Source: an uncultured virus (IMG/VR IMGVR_UViG_3300027741_000038) (taxonomy: Duplodnaviria; Heunggongvirae; Uroviricota; Caudoviricetes). Taken from it: a stretch of DNA of 35,533 nt. Positions 1 through 8,590 of the stretch are shown piece by piece; positions within the stretch are counted from its first letter, which is position 1, and the number at the start of each line of letters is the position of its first letter. The DNA lies in IMG/VR virus record IMGVR_UViG_3300027741_000038; one strand, 5' to 3'. The notes under the pieces were generated by a model, which saw only the letters and a list, made by a program, of their open reading frames with translations, was not told the origin of the DNA and made no database searches. Made by a program: the position numbers and the translations under genes.

Positions 1-179
1 GCGTCAAAGAACGGCATACAAGCTTTAAACGTTGGTTTATTTACGTCGCCCTCTAAATAACGTTCCGCTTCTCTGTACCAGTGGGGTAGTGAATAGAGTG
101 CGGTAATAGGGTTATTTGGGTCGTCTTGGAGCTTATTATCAAATGAATAAAAAGTAATCTCTTTATCTGTAGGTTTCAC
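1..179 (-). CDS. Partial hypothetical protein (runs off the left edge), of the P-x-W-Y ... T-x-K-x-C-x-P-F-x-D-A type seen in oxygenase islands of aquatic phages
   Basis: Hand translation from GTG at 179: MKPTDKEITFYSFDNKLQDDPNNPITALYSLPHWYREAERYLEGDVNKPTFKACMPFFD...; GAGGA RBS upstream; overlaps the end of 163..531. Not in the ORF track. Confidence 0.75.
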   Translation of the reverse strand, partial: MKPTDKEITFYSFDNKLQDDPNNPITALYSLPHWYREAERYLEGDVNKPTFKACMPFFD

Positions 180-531
180 CGAATATGTCCTCTGGGTAGC
201 TGTAATCAACAGAATCATAATAGCGTGTTAGCTTTGGGCTATTTTCTTGAATATACTGCAACACGTCCATAGTGTTATCAAATTTTAACGATAACTGTGT
301 TAAATGTTCCGCAGCCTCATTATGAAAAGACTTAGCCTCCTCTTCGGAAGAATGAAGATTATAAAACAATATTTTAAGGTGTGAAATTTTTCCTTCATGC
401 TCTGAAGGAAGAAGAGCAGTTTCATATTTATTGTTTATTAATTTAATAGTATTTAATCTAAAGTAAATACGGTCGTCAAACTTCAATAAAGTTTTTAATT
501 CCCAATGATTTATAGTCGGATCATATGCCAT
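163..531 (-). CDS. Hypothetical protein, 122 aa
   Basis: ORF packed 3 bp behind the upstream gene; no motif recognised. Confidence 0.7.
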   Translation of the reverse strand: MAYDPTINHWELKTLLKFDDRIYFRLNTIKLINNKYETALLPSEHEGKISHLKILFYNLHSSEEEAKSFHNEAAEHLTQLSLKFDNTMDVLQYIQENSPKLTRYYDSVDYSYPEDIFGETYR

Positions 532-534
532 TTT

Positions 535-1155
535 TTATACCTCTTGTTCTAACTTATCCTCATGGTTTGCGTATTCCGTCCAAAAACTAGAAATAGTATA
601 GCGGGTGCCGTTCAATACCCTTTTAACTCCATGAGAGTGGTGCACATCCCCTGGAAAAAAAGCAAGCATGCCCGGTTTAACGGGGATAGAAATGCCGTGT
701 TGGGGAAAATGAATATCTCCCCCCTCAAAATCATCGTTTAAATATAAAACGCAACCCACCTGTCGCCAGTTATACACATGCGGCTCTAACCCATAGTTTT
801 CAAAGTCTGAGTGGGCTGGTTGAACGTATCCGTGGGGCCACTTAATTAAATTTAAACTGTCGGCGTATACAACATCAAGGTTATAAACTTTCATTATCTC
901 GTGTTTAATCCTTGTTCTTAAGTTAACTAATTTATTAAAAATGTCAATGTCATAAGGTGTCCCTAACCCCTTTCCAATGGATTTAAGATTTGCAGCGCCC
1001 ATAAATCTATTAGACCACTGGCTGTAGGGGTCACCCGTAGAGTCCCCCATATCCCAAAGACCATTAGTATCTAAATACTTTTGATAGTTTATAAATAAAT
1101 CAATTTCTTCTTTTTTTATAAAATCGTGGATAACTATTATGTCCTCTTTAGCCAT
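535..1155 (-). CDS. 2OG-Fe(II) oxygenase, prolyl 4-hydroxylase-like
   Basis: HSD...LYLNDDFEGG...H-GVKRVLNGTRY: HxD..H iron triad plus the 2OG-binding Arg. Confidence 0.9.
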   Translation of the reverse strand: MAKEDIIVIHDFIKKEEIDLFINYQKYLDTNGLWDMGDSTGDPYSQWSNRFMGAANLKSIGKGLGTPYDIDIFNKLVNLRTRIKHEIMKVYNLDVVYADSLNLIKWPHGYVQPAHSDFENYGLEPHVYNWRQVGCVLYLNDDFEGGDIHFPQHGISIPVKPGMLAFFPGDVHHSHGVKRVLNGTRYTISSFWTEYANHEDKLEQEV

Positions 1156-1157
1156 AT

Positions 1158-1724
1158 CTATTTCCTATCTAAAAATGATTGAGCCGCGGATACCGAGTAA
1201 TCGTAAGACCAAAACGAAGTTATAGCATACCTAACACCATTAAATATCTCAGTTACCCCGTGCATATACTCAAAAGTGGAGGGAAACATTACTAATAAAT
1301 TTGGTTTTGGGGTAACAGTTGTATTTTGATTTGGAAACCATAGGTCGCCCCCAGAAAACTCCCCACCCAAATAAATTAACGCAGAGAATTTTCTATGTGA
1401 GGTTCCATTGTCTTCCCCGTTATTTCCCGTAGAATCAGAGTGCGGGTTGCCAGTCTGCCCTCTATAAGTCCTAGCAAATTGAAGGAGTTCCGCATACAGA
1501 GGAACCTCTATATTAAAAGTGTTAGTTATTTCAGCTGACATTTTAATAGAAGTATCTTTTAAAAGATTAAGAAGCTCGGTTGACTTAACTGAATGCGGGT
1601 TTATACATCTACTATCCCACAAAGGGGTGTGAGGAAGCGGCTCCCAGTCCTCTGTAGTTAAAACATAATTAGAAAGGGTATTAAAGTCATCTTCTAAAAG
1701 AAAGTTTTCTTTTTGTATAATCAT
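1158..1724 (-). CDS. 2OG-Fe(II) oxygenase, prolyl 4-hydroxylase-like
   Basis: HSD...IYLGGEFSGGDLWFP...HGVTEIFNGVRY. Confidence 0.9.
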   Translation of the reverse strand: MIIQKENFLLEDDFNTLSNYVLTTEDWEPLPHTPLWDSRCINPHSVKSTELLNLLKDTSIKMSAEITNTFNIEVPLYAELLQFARTYRGQTGNPHSDSTGNNGEDNGTSHRKFSALIYLGGEFSGGDLWFPNQNTTVTPKPNLLVMFPSTFEYMHGVTEIFNGVRYAITSFWSYDYSVSAAQSFLDRK

Positions 1725-1927
1725 TGCTCACGACCCCATTTAACTTTATTCCAAACGCGTTCGTGGACATAGTAAAGAAAAACTTTAGTAAATATCTCCA
1801 TGCCCGAAATAGCTAAAGCCAGCTTTGCTTTTCCAGTGATAACATAAGACAAGATAAACGTGTCTACAGTACCCATAAGTCTCCAAGTAACAGCTTTGGT
1901 AAAAGAACGTGAATGCGTGACGTTCAT
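1721..1927 (-). CDS. Small membrane protein, DUF2061-like
   Basis: RSFTKAVTWR...TDT...YYVHERVWNKVKWG pattern with two hydrophobic helices. Confidence 0.8.
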   Translation of the reverse strand: MNVTHSRSFTKAVTWRLMGTVDTFILSYVITGKAKLALAISGMEIFTKVFLYYVHERVWNKVKWGREQ

Positions 1928-1960
1928 TGCCCCGCCCCCAAAGCCATAAAACCAAGTAGC

Positions 1961-2713
1961 TTAGATACCCATTTCGCTACGCTTTTGAGTAGCGCTGATA
2001 GCTTCAATTTCTTCTCCTAACTTAATTTGTTCAATCTTATATCCAACGTCTCTACCATACACGATGTTGGTAATATTAGGCATTTTAACAACCATAGCCC
2101 CAGCCATAGCCGGGTCAGATGAGATGTATTTCTTTACCTCATCAAATCCTAGGGGGTCTTTAGGGCTTGTACCCTGAGTGTTGCGCACACCCAACATTAC
2201 CTGGGGGGTGCGGGTTTTAGCTTCATGATACAGAGCATGGTGCCCTTCATGCCAAGGTTGGTAACGCCCAAGCATAAGTGTTGTTGGCGCTTTCCAGTCA
2301 TGTAGGTTAGATGTAAGTATGATGTTGTTTACGTGCGTTTCAGAATCAAAGGTTTCAAACTTATAATCAAAAGCTGTTGGATCTTCCCACATCTTATTTG
2401 TGTCCTCAAAGCGCCCTTCTTTAAGAGTATCCATCCATACAAGAATATTTGCTTTGCCAAAAACATTCCTTGTGGTTTGTGTCGGGCAGATGAAATCAAC
2501 TACTACATCAAACCCTTGACCTGAAAGCATCTCAGCCATTCCTCCCATACGGCGGGCATGCTCTACACGGTCTTCCGATGAGAACCCAAGGTCAGAGTTA
2601 ATAGTAGAGCGTACGTAGTCCGCATTAATATGTATGGCGTTAATACGGCTGGCTAGCTCAGCAGCTAACGTAGTTTTGCCTGAACCCGGAAGCCCAATAA
2701 TTTGAATAATCAT
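1961..2713 (-). CDS. cysC: Adenylylsulfate (APS) kinase-like domain fused to a C-terminal HxGH nucleotidyltransferase domain
   Basis: P-loop GLPGSGKTT, NADYVR, DLGFSSEDRVEHARR, DFICP; C-terminal MLGRYQPWHEGH and YGRDVGY...ISATQKR. Start moved to the ATG at 2713, which gives an ATGA overlap with the upstream stop. Confidence 0.8.
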   Translation of the reverse strand: MIIQIIGLPGSGKTTLAAELASRINAIHINADYVRSTINSDLGFSSEDRVEHARRMGGMAEMLSGQGFDVVVDFICPTQTTRNVFGKANILVWMDTLKEGRFEDTNKMWEDPTAFDYKFETFDSETHVNNIILTSNLHDWKAPTTLMLGRYQPWHEGHHALYHEAKTRTPQVMLGVRNTQGTSPKDPLGFDEVKKYISSDPAMAGAMVVKMPNITNIVYGRDVGYKIEQIKLGEEIEAISATQKRSEMGI

Positions 2714-3330
2714 TTGTCCCACCACCCTACAACGGCGTACCTTGTTCCATACGTCACAGGATGAACGGTATGCGTATATACATAATTTGATGGGAATACA
2801 ATCATTTGATTTGCTTTAGGTTTGATTTTTAATTTAAAGTTATTAAACTCAATCTCTCCACCCTCGTAGTCATCATTAAGATAAAAACTCATTGAAACTG
2901 TTCTTGGAAACATTGTGCAGTCATCAAAATGATTTATAAAATGTCCATCTTTTCCATATTTAAGAATCTGCCACCCTTCTGAAATATTCCATTCATGCGC
3001 ATTAAATCTAGTTCTATAGTCGTTTATAGCGCCATACAAAGATTCGTTTAAAAAATTGTGAGCTGAAAGGGCACCTAAAGAAGGTGAACCAGGTTCTTTT
3101 GGTGTTGCAGTATCAAACTTTGGCAGAGATATAACGCGACAATCTCTAATAGATGAGAGTTTTGGTTTAACTTCATTAGATTCATTTCGCGGTTCACCAG
3201 CGCTACCGTACATCCATGATAACTCGTTAATCTCCACCAAAGACTCCACGTCAACAATAAATGTGGATGGATCTTCCATTACATTTAAATAACTTACAAT
3301 ACCTGGTGCAAGCTCTTCACACTCAAACAT
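2710..3330 (-). CDS. 2OG-Fe(II) oxygenase, prolyl 4-hydroxylase-like
   Basis: HFDD...FYLNDDYEGGEIEF...FPSNYVYTHTVHPVTYGTRY. Start taken at the ATG at 3330 (MFECEEL). Confidence 0.9.
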   Translation of the reverse strand: MFECEELAPGIVSYLNVMEDPSTFIVDVESLVEINELSWMYGSAGEPRNESNEVKPKLSSIRDCRVISLPKFDTATPKEPGSPSLGALSAHNFLNESLYGAINDYRTRFNAHEWNISEGWQILKYGKDGHFINHFDDCTMFPRTVSMSFYLNDDYEGGEIEFNNFKLKIKPKANQMIVFPSNYVYTHTVHPVTYGTRYAVVGWWDK

Positions 3331-3571
3331 TATCAATACCCCATTTTCCAATTGGACATTCCGCATCTTTTAGCTTTGTTTTTGCTTTCATTACGCATCC
3401 ACATTTTTTGCATTGAGTAGTTAATTTTATAAACTCTGGGCACTGTTTGCAAATTGAATACCTTGTGTCTACAACTTCTTCTGAAGACCATTCTATATTG
3501 GGGCTTATCAAATCCCAAGGTCGGGTGTCGCCTATTAATTTTTTATATCTATTTAGTAAAGAATCCGACAT
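3323..3571 (-). CDS. Small Cys-rich metal-binding protein (DUF6171-like)
   Basis: R-x-x-I-CKQC...QCKKCGC-x-M-x-x-K...CPIGKW. Confidence 0.75.
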   Translation of the reverse strand: MSDSLLNRYKKLIGDTRPWDLISPNIEWSSEEVVDTRYSICKQCPEFIKLTTQCKKCGCVMKAKTKLKDAECPIGKWGIDNV

Positions 3572-3574
3572 TTA

Positions 3575-4363
3575 TTACTCCTTTTTTTTATTATATACGT
3601 GCTCGTAAAGTTCAAAATCTATGGAATTAAGTTCTAAAAATCTTTGAATGTCCTCTTCCGAAAGCATACTCTTTAACACCGTGGTTGTGTACTCTACTTC
3701 ATTATACGTAACTAATGAGGTATTAATCATTTTATTGTTTGTATATTCACCTATAGTAATGCTGTAATTGTCTAAAAACCATTTTTTAATATCTTGTAAA
3801 AATTGCTCATGATTTTCTATTGTATTTACAATGGCAAATTTATCTAAATACGCTTTAGCCATTTCTAATGTAAACTCTTGTTCTTGGAGACCCCAAGCTT
3901 GACTTCTTATTTTATATTCTGTGGAGCTATTTGAAATTGAATCTTTAAAGATATTTGTTGCGGGGGAGTTGCATATAAATTGTGCTTGAATGTTTCTGTG
4001 CCTAATATAACCCAAGTCATCAAAAAAATAATACTTTAGTTTATCTATAAATTCAGGGATAGCTGAATAAACTTCTGATTTAGAAATAACTTTGTTATAA
4101 ATAAATAAAAAGTTACTAATTGCGCGGTCAAGAGGGTCTCTTAACAAACATGCAACATCTAGGTTATCTGTTTTATCAATTGGGTATCTTCCCAAATGCC
4201 CTTGAATAAATACGTATTCATTAAAGTTATCGTTATGTGGGGGTGGGGTAGGGGGATAATGCGTGATTGAGTTTTCAACGAAAGCAGCATGCAACTGTAC
4301 ACTTACCGATGTACCACCAGTTTTTGGAATGTGTAAAAAGTACAGTCTTTTATTTATATCCAT
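3575..4363 (-). CDS. PAPS-dependent sulfotransferase (Sulfotransfer_2-like)
   Basis: 5'-PSB loop FLHIPKTGGTS, 3'-PB motif LRDPLDRAIS, C-terminal NSIDFELY; AAGGAG RBS. Confidence 0.85.
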   Translation of the reverse strand: MDINKRLYFLHIPKTGGTSVSVQLHAAFVENSITHYPPTPPPHNDNFNEYVFIQGHLGRYPIDKTDNLDVACLLRDPLDRAISNFLFIYNKVISKSEVYSAIPEFIDKLKYYFFDDLGYIRHRNIQAQFICNSPATNIFKDSISNSSTEYKIRSQAWGLQEQEFTLEMAKAYLDKFAIVNTIENHEQFLQDIKKWFLDNYSITIGEYTNNKMINTSLVTYNEVEYTTTVLKSMLSEEDIQRFLELNSIDFELYEHVYNKKKE

Positions 4364-4381
4364 TTCAGCTCCTTTTTAGCA

Positions 4382-4390
4382 ATAATATCA
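4382..4390 (-). promoter_or_regulatory. Candidate extended -10 promoter TGA-TATTAT for the sulfotransferase/oxygenase island
   Basis: The TGA stop of the upstream gene supplies TGn; an AAGGAG RBS follows. Confidence 0.45.
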
Positions 4391-5188
4391 CGTAGATGTG
4401 TAGCCAACAAATACACCGCAGTTTGTATATACGCACACGTTTGAACCACAAGGTCTGTAATAGAAGGTACCATTAAATACGCAAGGTGGATTGCTATAAA
4501 CAGGTGGATTGTAATAAACAGGTGGATTGTAATAAACAGGTGGGTTGTAGTACGGGTTGTAATAAACAGGTGGATTGTAGTAAGGGGCTACCGGTGACGT
4601 GCTATTTGAAGGCTGACTATTTACAGAATCGCCGTTAGCGTTAGTCGCTTTAACAACAAAAGTGTAGGCTGTTCCGTTTGAAAGAGACGAAATGGTAATT
4701 GGGCTTGTCCCTGTCCCAGTAAAGCTTCCGGGGGTTGAAGTAGCCGTAAAAGTAGTAATTGCTTTTCCGCCAGTAGCGCCAGCAGTGTAAGTAAGGCTTG
4801 CTGAGGAATCTCCGGCAGAAGCTGTTCCGATAGTAGGGGCTTCAGGCACAGTTGTAACTGTTACTTGAGGGCTTGATGCGGAGATAGGGCTAGTTCCAAT
4901 AGAGTTTGTTGCAACCGCTGTAAATGTGGGAGATGAAGAAGAGCTTAATCCAGTTACAGATATAGGTGAACCCGCTCCAATTTTTGACTGGCCTGTGCTG
5001 GCAGTTACTGTATAACTGGTTATGGGCAGACCCCCATCGTAAGCAGGTGGGGTGAATGCTACAGATACAGTGCCATTATTAAAAGCAAGCCCGTTTGCTC
5101 CGGCGGCACCAGAATCTGTTCCCACCCCAATAATGGGAGCATTTGGGGCTAAACGCCTAGATGAATGAAATCCTCCGACTATAGGCAT
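4388..5188 (-). CDS. Two fibronectin type III-like domains with a Tyr/Pro repeat and Cys-containing tail; probable virion surface protein
   Basis: VAFTPPAYDGGLPITSYTV and LSNGTAYTFVVKATNANGDS are FN3 signatures; tail is (YYNPPV)n followed by four Cys. Confidence 0.8.
   Translation of the reverse strand: MPIVGGFHSSRRLAPNAPIIGVGTDSGAAGANGLAFNNGTVSVAFTPPAYDGGLPITSYTVTASTGQSKIGAGSPISVTGLSSSSSPTFTAVATNSIGTSPISASSPQVTVTTVPEAPTIGTASAGDSSASLTYTAGATGGKAITTFTATSTPGSFTGTGTSPITISSLSNGTAYTFVVKATNANGDSVNSQPSNSTSPVAPYYNPPVYYNPYYNPPVYYNPPVYYNPPVYSNPPCVFNGTFYYRPCGSNVCVYTNCGVFVGYTST
4484..4586 (-). repeat. 18-bp tandem repeat encoding YYNPPV
   Basis: Plus-strand unit ACAGGTGGATTGTAATAA with variants, about 5 copies plus a 12-bp partial unit. 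Confidence 0.9.
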
Positions 5189-5189
5189 G

Positions 5190-6665
5190 TTAAGCGCTCA
5201 AATCCCCAACAAGTAACCAGTTATTAGTTCCCAGACAAATAAGCGTTGCTGAAGAATAAGCGGTACGTAACTTAAGGCCTGGGGTTGCGTTTAAGGTAAC
5301 ACCCGTAGCTGTTACAGAAACACCCGTTGTTAAAGCTAACAAGTTAATTTGTGTTCCAGCAGGTGCGGTACTTAATGCTGTGGTGACGTTAAATGCAAAA
5401 GCACCGTTCATTTGAATCATAGATTCATAGTCTGTTGTTGCTAAAGTGTACGCCGCTGTTTTAGCTGTAGTGTTAACTGTAAACTTAGCTTGCGCCGTTA
5501 CCCATGATGTTGCTGAACCATCAGTGTATAGATACTTTCCAGCATTACCGGTTTGTGTTGGTAACCCTAAACCTTGAATTCCCTGAACCCCTTGAAGCCC
5601 TTGTGTTCCTTGCACACCTTGTGTGCCTTGTGAACCTTGAAGACCTTGTGTGCCCTGCACACCTTGTGTGCCTTGAATGCCTTGCACACCCTGAGATTGA
5701 TTAAATCCACCACCTTGAAGCCCTTGCAAACCCTGAATACCTTGTGTACCTTGCAAACTTTGTGTACCCTGTATGCCTTGCGAACCTTGAATTCCTTGAG
5801 CACCCGTACCTGCAGCAATAGTAAAATTAATTGAATCTGTTCCTATGCGAATAGAACCATCTGAATTAGAACCATTTCCATATTGAACCCAGGTTGTGTT
5901 TGCATATGTTGTTCCATTAAGAACAAAAACATAATCTCCATTTGTAACTTCCCCCACATTACTATTATCATAATCTGTTGCACGAGTAAGTACCCAATAA
6001 ACAGAGGTAGTTCCTAATGTAGTTACTTTATATATACCATTTTCAATTGCATTTGAACGATTTTTAACAAGAACACGATCATTAAGTAGCCATGTATATC
6101 CATCTGTGCTTGCAGTTCCAAAAACATTGCTTGTAATTTTTGCACCAACACCAGTGCCATTTTCTCCATCTGCAGTTCCTGCCGTATAAGTAGCATTAAC
6201 AAAATCTATTACTGTTGCGGTTTTAACTGCACCGTGAGCATTTTGAGAACCAGCTTGGCCCATAATTCCTTGAATACCCTGTACGCCTTGTATGCCTTGC
6301 GTACCTAGTAAGCCTTGTATTCCTTGAAGCCCTTGTGTTCCTTGCACACCTTGTGTGCCTTGCATTCCTTGAACACCTTGTATGCCTTGGGTGCCTTGTA
6401 TTCCTTGAAGCCCTTGTGTTCCTTGCACACCTTGTGTGCCTTGCATTCCTTGAACACCTTGTATGCCTTGGGTGCCTTGTCTACCTTGCAAACCTTGAAC
6501 ACCTTGTGTTCCTTGTAGACCTTGAATACCTTGAATACCTTGAGGACCTGGATGAACATCAACATATGCAGCGATATCAACAGCTAATGCCTGAATATCT
6601 CTAGGTACATTAGGAGTATCAGTTAAAGCGGGGTATCTAAAATTATGATCTGTGGTAGGTGCCAT
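5190..6665 (-). CDS. Collagen-like (G-X-Q) fibre/decoration protein
   Basis: Two G-X-Q tracts flank a DRVLVKN...ENGIY...LTRATD domain typical of phage fibres; C-terminal [10 protein letters not shown]...WLLVGDL domain. Confidence 0.8.
   Translation of the reverse strand: MAPTTDHNFRYPALTDTPNVPRDIQALAVDIAAYVDVHPGPQGIQGIQGLQGTQGVQGLQGRQGTQGIQGVQGMQGTQGVQGTQGLQGIQGTQGIQGVQGMQGTQGVQGTQGLQGIQGLLGTQGIQGVQGIQGIMGQAGSQNAHGAVKTATVIDFVNATYTAGTADGENGTGVGAKITSNVFGTASTDGYTWLLNDRVLVKNRSNAIENGIYKVTTLGTTSVYWVLTRATDYDNSNVGEVTNGDYVFVLNGTTYANTTWVQYGNGSNSDGSIRIGTDSINFTIAAGTGAQGIQGSQGIQGTQSLQGTQGIQGLQGLQGGGFNQSQGVQGIQGTQGVQGTQGLQGSQGTQGVQGTQGLQGVQGIQGLGLPTQTGNAGKYLYTDGSATSWVTAQAKFTVNTTAKTAAYTLATTDYESMIQMNGAFAFNVTTALSTAPAGTQINLLALTTGVSVTATGVTLNATPGLKLRTAYSSATLICLGTNNWLLVGDLSA
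6312..6480. repeat. Exact 81-bp tandem duplication inside the collagen tract
   Basis: 6312-6392 equals 6393-6473, plus 7 further matching bases. Confidence 0.85.
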
Positions 6666-6674
6666 GGTGCTATA

Positions 6675-6683
6675 AGTATACCA
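6675..6683 (-). promoter_or_regulatory. Extended -10 promoter TGGTATACT, near-leaderless
   Basis: 9 nt from the ATG at 6665, with no Shine-Dalgarno in between. Confidence 0.6.
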
Positions 6684-6706
6684 AACTAATGAAAAAATAC
6701 ATTATT

Positions 6707-7264
6707 TTAACCCATAATACTTAAATTATACTTAATAGCTGATATATATTCTTCTGACAAATCTTTGCCAAGCAGGTCGTTAAATATAGACTTAGATTCA
6801 TCTTTTCTTCCTATCCACCATGCTGAAACTGCTTTTTCAAATTCCAGGCAATACCTGCCATAATATTCAACATCTACTTCAAGTAATTCAAATATTGATG
6901 TATGAAGTAAACCTAATTCAGCAAACATATAACACTGTTGCCATTTTTGATTTCTTTCATAGTATCTAGAAAGAATAAAGTAGGCTTCTGGTCTATTGGG
7001 CATATATTGAATTGCTTGGAATAGAGAGTTTTCTAATGTGTGCTCCCGCCCACTTTGATCTGCAACACAATATGAAATCCTTATTAATGAAGCATAAACT
7101 AAAAGCGGGTGTGAATCAAATCCATATTCTGCAGTTCTTAAGTAAAATGACATTGCAGCAGCAGTTTGTCCAATAACCTCATATTCTTTTGCAATTTTAA
7201 AATTATGCTCTGGATTAAGCATGTCGTTAGATGCATCTTCAATTAATTGTTCAATTGTTGCCAT
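6707..7264 (-). CDS. TPR-like helical protein of the kind associated with glycosyltransferase/GH loci
   Basis: AAAMSFYLRTAE, AIQYMPNRPEAYFILSRYY, AVSAWWIGR. AGGAGG RBS favours the ATG at 7264. Confidence 0.7.
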   Translation of the reverse strand: MATIEQLIEDASNDMLNPEHNFKIAKEYEVIGQTAAAMSFYLRTAEYGFDSHPLLVYASLIRISYCVADQSGREHTLENSLFQAIQYMPNRPEAYFILSRYYERNQKWQQCYMFAELGLLHTSIFELLEVDVEYYGRYCLEFEKAVSAWWIGRKDESKSIFNDLLGKDLSEEYISAIKYNLSIMG

Positions 7265-8261
7265 ATACAACTGCCTCCTGAATCATTTCTTCAACTATTG
7301 TATTTGTAACCTTTAAAACAAATGCTGCATTATCACTAAATCCAAATGTTATTAATAAATCATCTTCAAGTTTTGCTACACCTGCACAAAATTCAATATA
7401 TGCATCAAGAAATGAAAAACTTTCTGGAGACAGCCCAATTAAATTATAATCTTTATCCCAAACACAAAGCTTATGACGATATATGCCGTTTTTTTGATTA
7501 AGATAGTTATTCCATAGATTTACTTCATGTGATATTGAAATATAATAATCATTCCAGGGAATCATCTGAGACCCGCCTCTTTGATCTATGCCAACATTAA
7601 AAGTATTTTTAAGAGATAACTGTTCAATGTTTGGCGGGTTAGTAGGAAGAGCTTTTACAATTTCAGTAGGAGAAGTCCATTTAATAAAGTGATATGGTTT
7701 ATCTATAATAGGGTACCAATTTTTTTCACAATATGAATCATCTTTACCGAGTGTTGGAATTCTTATTCTTGATATTTCTTTTGCGGTCCAATTTTTCTTA
7801 TCAAGATCAATCTCAGAATATTCCATGCGTCCTTGACCATTTGTAGTTGTATCTCTACGAACTCCAATTAAATAATATTTATTATTCCATTTAACAACAC
7901 GAGCATCTTCTAACCCCACAAATTCCCAAAGCGGGGAAACGTCAAGAGATTCAGTATCTACTAAACAATAATCAGTAATATTTAAATCTTTATCAAGTCT
8001 ACATAAATAATTATATGTTCTAAGATTCATATCTTTTTCTGGATGTAGATATGCCAAAGGTCCCCAAGCTGAAGGAAATTTCATATCTTTTTCAGCATGA
8101 TATAGAGAATAGTTGACATGTCTTAGATTGACTAGTATATCTCCATCGTCATCTATAAAAATGGAGGGATTCATTAATCCCGTCCCTTTACTTAAGCCCT
8201 TTTTTATAACCAAAGGCGCTAATTTACCACCGTTTTCAACGGCTCTTTGAACTAGATTCAT
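7251..8261 (-). CDS. Five-bladed beta-propeller glycoside hydrolase/phosphorylase-like protein (GH130/GH43 clan-like)
   Basis: MNPSI, NLRHVNY, GLEDAR, EKNWYP, RGGSQ, IEFCAG, ITFGFSD motifs. Confidence 0.7.
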   Translation of the reverse strand: MNLVQRAVENGGKLAPLVIKKGLSKGTGLMNPSIFIDDDGDILVNLRHVNYSLYHAEKDMKFPSAWGPLAYLHPEKDMNLRTYNYLCRLDKDLNITDYCLVDTESLDVSPLWEFVGLEDARVVKWNNKYYLIGVRRDTTTNGQGRMEYSEIDLDKKNWTAKEISRIRIPTLGKDDSYCEKNWYPIIDKPYHFIKWTSPTEIVKALPTNPPNIEQLSLKNTFNVGIDQRGGSQMIPWNDYYISISHEVNLWNNYLNQKNGIYRHKLCVWDKDYNLIGLSPESFSFLDAYIEFCAGVAKLEDDLLITFGFSDNAAFVLKVTNTIVEEMIQEAVVYGNN

Positions 8262-8267
8262 CTATTG

Positions 8268-8273
8268 ATTATA
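8268..8273 (-). promoter_or_regulatory. TATAAT promoter giving a leaderless mRNA
   Basis: Exactly 6 nt between TATAAT and the ATG at 8261; no RBS. Confidence 0.6.
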
Positions 8274-8275
8274 TC

Positions 8276-8575
8276 TTATTCAATAGGTTCTTGTAAAGTA
8301 GGTTGAGATGCTTGATTAATTAAAACATCAATTTCTTCTTGAGTTAATCCCGCCGCAATTAATTTATTATTTGCTTCTTGAATTGGATCAATTTCTACAG
8401 GTTCAGGAGCAGTAAAGCGACCTGTCTCTTCATCATAAGTCCATCCAATACCCGCTGGATTTTCATCTGTATATTCAATTAATTCTGCGCCCATAACTCT
8501 AGCCGCATCTTCTTTATCATCAGCAACGATAACGTTGCTTACTGTGTTTCCACCCATTACTGCATATGTAGCCAT
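8276..8575 (-). CDS. Small acidic protein that follows glycine-rich fibre genes (possible assembly partner)
   Basis: YAV...VSNVIVADD...AGIGWTYD...FTAP pattern; AAGGAG RBS. Confidence 0.7.
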   Translation of the reverse strand: MATYAVMGGNTVSNVIVADDKEDAARVMGAELIEYTDENPAGIGWTYDEETGRFTAPEPVEIDPIQEANNKLIAAGLTQEEIDVLINQASQPTLQEPIE

Positions 8576-8590
8576 ATCTATCTCCTTTTC

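Noticed and set aside
5504..6604. Alternative-frame and opposite-strand ORFs over the collagen tracts (also 21883-22303 and 25630-26202)
   Set aside because: Shadows of the 9-bp repeat, which lacks stops in other frames; low-complexity products and no RBS.
5190..6665. Collagen tracts as substrates of the three prolyl hydroxylase-like enzymes
   Set aside because: The tracts are G-X-Q, with Gln at the Y position and almost no proline.
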